From contig NZ_BIFR01000001.1 of the NCBI RefSeq assembly GCF_003967535.1, positions 113,493 through 177,492 of the forward strand: a stretch of 64,000 bases of DNA. The letters are read 5' to 3'. A model generated the notes under the pieces. The model worked only from the letters and a program-made list of their open reading frames with translations, did not search any database and was not told where the DNA came from. Numbering within the stretch: the stretch's first letter is position 1; every line of letters begins with the position of its first letter. This DNA comes from Tengunoibacter tsumagoiensis. GTDB taxonomy: Bacteria > Chloroflexota > Ktedonobacteria > Ktedonobacterales > Ktedonobacteraceae. This document shows positions 60,958-64,000 of the stretch, piece after piece. The translations under genes and the position numbers were made by a program.

Positions 60958-61373
60958 AGGCTTTTCCCCTTCTGCTCTGGAATCCCCGCTGGCCGAACCT
61001 GACCTGGAGGGGTTGGCAAAGGGTGGAGTTTTCGATAGTTTGTGATCGTGGCCTGAAGCGTTGCAATGACCGCACTTACCGGACGATGCTTCTCATTAGC
61101 GATGATTGCAAGTGTCTTATGGTGGATTTGATGATCATTGGGAACTTGCAGCGATTGGCAGAGGGTCGTAGCAGGAACATTATACACATACGATACATAG
61201 GGAATAGTCATCCACGAGCGCACAAGATGCACATCTTGATGCTTCACCTGAAACTGCTGTTGATGCACATTCTGTACGGCCCCCAGCGTTGCACGAGCCT
61301 CCAGGATAGTCCCCCCTATAGCTAATACAAATAAAAGACTGACCAGAAAATATTTTATGGATATGTTTTGCAT
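60954..61373 (-). CDS. Secreted hypothetical protein
   Basis: Signal peptide. Its stop overlaps the dedA start by 4 nt (translational coupling). Confidence 0.45.
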   Translation of the reverse strand: MQNISIKYFLVSLLFVLAIGGTILEARATLGAVQNVHQQQFQVKHQDVHLVRSWMTIPYVSYVYNVPATTLCQSLQVPNDHQIHHKTLAIIANEKHRPVSAVIATLQATITNYRKLHPLPTPPGQVRPAGIPEQKGKSL

Positions 61374-61546
61374 TTTCCCCCATCCTACTCCTGCATCTTA
61401 TCGACAATCTCTGCCTTTGACAAGAGCCCTCATGTACATGCATGTGAAAGGCTGGCCAGCAGGATGGTCAGTCTAAAAATTGAATGGATCTGGTAGTGAC
61501 CTTTCTGGTAGTGACTTGCAGTTGGGTATAGTGTAAAATACAGCTC

Positions 61547-61996
61547 ATGGAAACCTCTACACAAACTTTAAACGTACGTATTAAACGCATCGATACAGAG
61601 CTCCCTCTGCCAACCTATGCAACGGCTGGCTCAGTTGGCTTTGATCTACTCTGCCGTGTGGAAACAGAGGTCGCTCCTCATCAGCTTGCTCTGTTACCCG
61701 CTAACCTGATAGTGGCGACTCCGCCAGGGTATATGCTGATGCTGACGATGCGCAGTAGCACAGCACGACGCAAGGGCCTGCTCATGCCTAATGGAGTTGG
61801 CATTATTGATCAGGATTACTGCGGCGAAGGCGATGAGCTGATGATCTCGGTCTATAATTTTCGGGACGAAGCCGTTACGGTTCTCCGTGGCGAACGGGTT
61901 GCTCAAGGGATCTTTGTGCCCATTGCACAGGTCAACTGGCAAGAGATCGAACAGGTTGGGCAGGGCCGTGGAGGCTTCGGCAGTACAGGTGTATAA
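61547..61996 (+). CDS. dut: dUTP diphosphatase
   Basis: AGSVGFDL and GIIDQDYCGE dUTPase motifs. Confidence 0.9.
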   Translation: METSTQTLNVRIKRIDTELPLPTYATAGSVGFDLLCRVETEVAPHQLALLPANLIVATPPGYMLMLTMRSSTARRKGLLMPNGVGIIDQDYCGEGDELMISVYNFRDEAVTVLRGERVAQGIFVPIAQVNWQEIEQVGQGRGGFGSTGV

Positions 61997-62001
61997 GGTG
62001 T

Positions 62002-62352
62002 ATGACTATGCCGCTACCAGACTACTATGCGATTCTTGATGTCTCGCCCAACGCAACGTTAGAGCAGATCCGCCAGTCCTATCGCCGATTGGCCCGCATC
62101 TATCATCCCGATGTCAACCGCCACGCAGAAGAGGGCTCGATTAAACAACTTAATGAGGCATACGATATTTTAAGCAATATGGCGAAACGCAATGCCTATG
62201 ATCTACAACGCCTTGAAGAGATTCGACGTGGCCTGCTCATCGATCTCTTGCTCCGCCAACGAGAGCAGATGCGTCAGCCAAAACGTATGACCTGGGTGCA
62301 GGGGATGACTGGCTTTGTCTCCGAACTCAAAAAAGAGATGCGAAGCGAATAG
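62002..62352 (+). CDS. J-domain (DnaJ-like) protein
   Basis: DYYAILDVSPNAT...YRRLARIYHPDVN with the HPD motif. Confidence 0.8.
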   Translation: MTMPLPDYYAILDVSPNATLEQIRQSYRRLARIYHPDVNRHAEEGSIKQLNEAYDILSNMAKRNAYDLQRLEEIRRGLLIDLLLRQREQMRQPKRMTWVQGMTGFVSELKKEMRSE

Positions 62353-62499
62353 CTCTCCCGTCAGCAAAAAAAACAGAAGCCATTCTCTTCTTTCAGTCGT
62401 GCATATACTGTACATTTGAATTCTTTAGCCAGGCCTGAATGTCTTTGAATGTCTTTGAATATATGTGGCTCTAACTGGCTGTAAAACAGAGGAGAATGA

Positions 62500-62787
62500 G
62501 TGATGTCAAATTTCAATCCGAATGGATTCACCAATGAGGCACTGCAAGGCGTACGCCACGAGGTGGAGAATCAGATGGGACAGGCAATCGATCATTATGC
62601 CAGCCATGTTCCTGGTGGCACACAATTTACTCCCGAGGCCAAGCGTGCCCTGGCAGGGGTCCTGGATGGTCTCCAGGGTCAACTTGAACAACAGGCCGCT
62701 AGTCACTTTGGGGGCAATGCTGGTAGCTCTAACTCACATGGGAATAGTATCAGCGGCAGCCAGGGCGATCAGGGGAGCCTCTTATAA
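62500..62787 (+). CDS. Small hypothetical protein (95 aa)
   Basis: AGGAGAATGAGTG RBS. It is followed by a strong hairpin. No domain recognised. Confidence 0.45.
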   Translation: MMSNFNPNGFTNEALQGVRHEVENQMGQAIDHYASHVPGGTQFTPEAKRALAGVLDGLQGQLEQQAASHFGGNAGSSNSHGNSISGSQGDQGSLL

Positions 62788-62794
62788 CTTATAA

Positions 62795-62854
62795 GACACA
62801 AAGATGGAGACCTCAACAGGGCCTGCGCCCTACTGAGGTCTCCATCTTTGTGTC
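62795..62854. terminator. 21-bp perfect inverted repeat with nested loop hairpin
   Basis: GACACAAAGATGGAGACCTCA ... TGAGGTCTCCATCTTTGTGTC. The loop contains AGGGC/GCCCT. Confidence 0.6.
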
Positions 62855-63003
62855 AACTATTTCTGGTCCTCTTCACGTTTCGTCTGCAGAAAGGAGAGGA
62901 TGAGCGAACCAACCAGAACACCCACAAGGACAATCTCCATCGTGCTAAATGTTCTCTTCTTCTTTTCCATTATACGTTTCCTTTCAATGATTGGACTCTC
63001 TTC

Positions 63004-64000
63004 TTACGCTATTTTAGTCCATAGCATACGACCATTGCCATAGTCTTTTGTCAGTTGAAAATGTTCGTCAACCCACTTCACAAAACCTTCTTCGGTACTG
63101 AGACGCCCGGTATAGAAGAGGACCATTCGCACCTGTGGCTGTTCGGCTTCATGGATCAGTTGCTCGTTGCTCACATACCCAGTCTGGATGCGTACAAGGG
63201 AGGTATCAACCAGAGCAGCAGGCGTACTCTGATCGGCCAATCCTGCAATAAATTGAGCATCCGTAATAATAAGCTGACCAGGTTGAAGCAAGCCACGGAG
63301 ATCCTCTGCTATCTTCAAGTCTTTTGCTGTCTTTTGCGAATGGGCCTGCGCCGCTTCCTGGTGATAGTAGGTCTGTATGGCTAAAAGATTATAGATGGTC
63401 ATGAGAAGAAGCAGACAGAGGCTGATAATAGCTAAGAGCTTCCTTTGATGGTTGCTCGATCCTTCACGCCAGAATGGGCTGGGAAGGCTAAAGATGGCCA
63501 GGCTAATCATTGATGGTAGAAGCGCTACCATATGATGGGGAAAGAGTGGGGCCTGCTGCCAGAGCATTGCCAGGGTGGCAATAAACCAGCCTAGCAGAGG
63601 AAGGATCTGCCAGTCCCGTTTCAAGAAAGCAACGCCACATGAGAAAATGGCCACAAAGGTAAGAGGCGTCCAGAGAAACTGTTTGATCGTAGTCAGGTTC
63701 TTACTCTGGCTTCCTGTAAAGAGTTGGCGAGCATCGGTATGAAATGTAATCACGCTACGCCAGAGAGTGGGGAATGAATCTCGAAACGGCCAGAGGATGA
63801 CGATGCAGGTGAAAAGACAGAGGCAACTGGCAATGAGAAGCGTCAGCCCCAACTGTTTCAGGGTTGGTGAATGCGTCTGTGCACTTCTCCAAAGCTGCAT
63901 AAGGGCAATCATAACAATCGGAACAACGGCTGAAACGGCGAGAAGTTTGCAGAGGATGCCCAGTACAAGCGTAAATAATGCCAGGCTGGCTACCACGATA
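63004..64000 (-). CDS. Polytopic membrane protein with soluble C-terminal domain. Possibly a GT-C (ArnT/PMT-like) glycosyltransferase truncated at the window edge
   Basis: At least 8 TM helices precede a soluble C-terminal domain of about 120 aa. The first Met is at 63996, but the gene may continue beyond 64000. Confidence 0.45.
   Translation of the reverse strand, partial: IVVASLALFTLVLGILCKLLAVSAVVPIVMIALMQLWRSAQTHSPTLKQLGLTLLIASCLCLFTCIVILWPFRDSFPTLWRSVITFHTDARQLFTGSQSKNLTTIKQFLWTPLTFVAIFSCGVAFLKRDWQILPLLGWFIATLAMLWQQAPLFPHHMVALLPSMISLAIFSLPSPFWREGSSNHQRKLLAIISLCLLLLMTIYNLLAIQTYYHQEAAQAHSQKTAKDLKIAEDLRGLLQPGQLIITDAQFIAGLADQSTPAALVDTSLVRIQTGYVSNEQLIHEAEQPQVRMVLFYTGRLSTEEGFVKWVDEHFQLTKDYGNGRMLWTKIA

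Noticed and set aside
62866-62979. 37-codon hydrophobic mini-ORF on the minus strand
   Set aside because: It is plausible (MEKKKRTF...) but too short to support without expression data. It is mentioned only within a finding.

Overview
This is a 64 kb chromosomal window from a bacterium, about 52% GC, dominated by housekeeping genes. GC-rich terminators and long intergenic promoter regions carry most of the non-coding structure. The gene repertoire (serine/threonine kinase fused to WD40 repeats, ribosomal proteins L21/L27 with tails, several GT9 glycosyltransferases, tandem Rel paralogs) suggests a Chloroflexota/Ktedonobacteria-like soil organism; that placement is inference only. The window contains about 55 genes: ECF sigma factor, FTR1 iron permease, coaA, sodA, two GT9 glycosyltransferases, a MoxR ATPase/DUF58 pair, citrate synthase, mazG, a GH2 beta-mannosidase, DAHP synthase, an ANTAR response regulator, RicT/PSP1, psuG, rplU-rpmA, a CarH/LitR-type B12-binding MerR regulator, a serine/threonine kinase with WD40 repeats, acyl-CoA dehydrogenase, lplA, tgt, two tandem RelA/SpoT homologues, an IS4-family insertion sequence, rpoD, a DedA protein, dut and a J-domain protein. 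No rRNA, tRNA or CRISPR array was detected. The most promising candidate for an undescribed system is a compact three-gene cassette at 10.8-13.6 kb: an unrecognisable 234-249 aa protein, a 574 aa HerA/FtsK-like ATPase and a small 4-TM protein. Its layout matches the effector-plus-HerA defence modules (Sir2-HerA, DUF4297-HerA), but the partner is novel. Other notable features are two adjacent Rel paralogs (one with a degenerate HD hydrolase motif), a roughly 3.5-copy 101-bp tandem repeat carrying a 16-bp palindrome, an intact IS with a YREK signature, a perfectly palindromic TTTGCAAA operator pair, and a candidate attenuator upstream of DAHP synthase.
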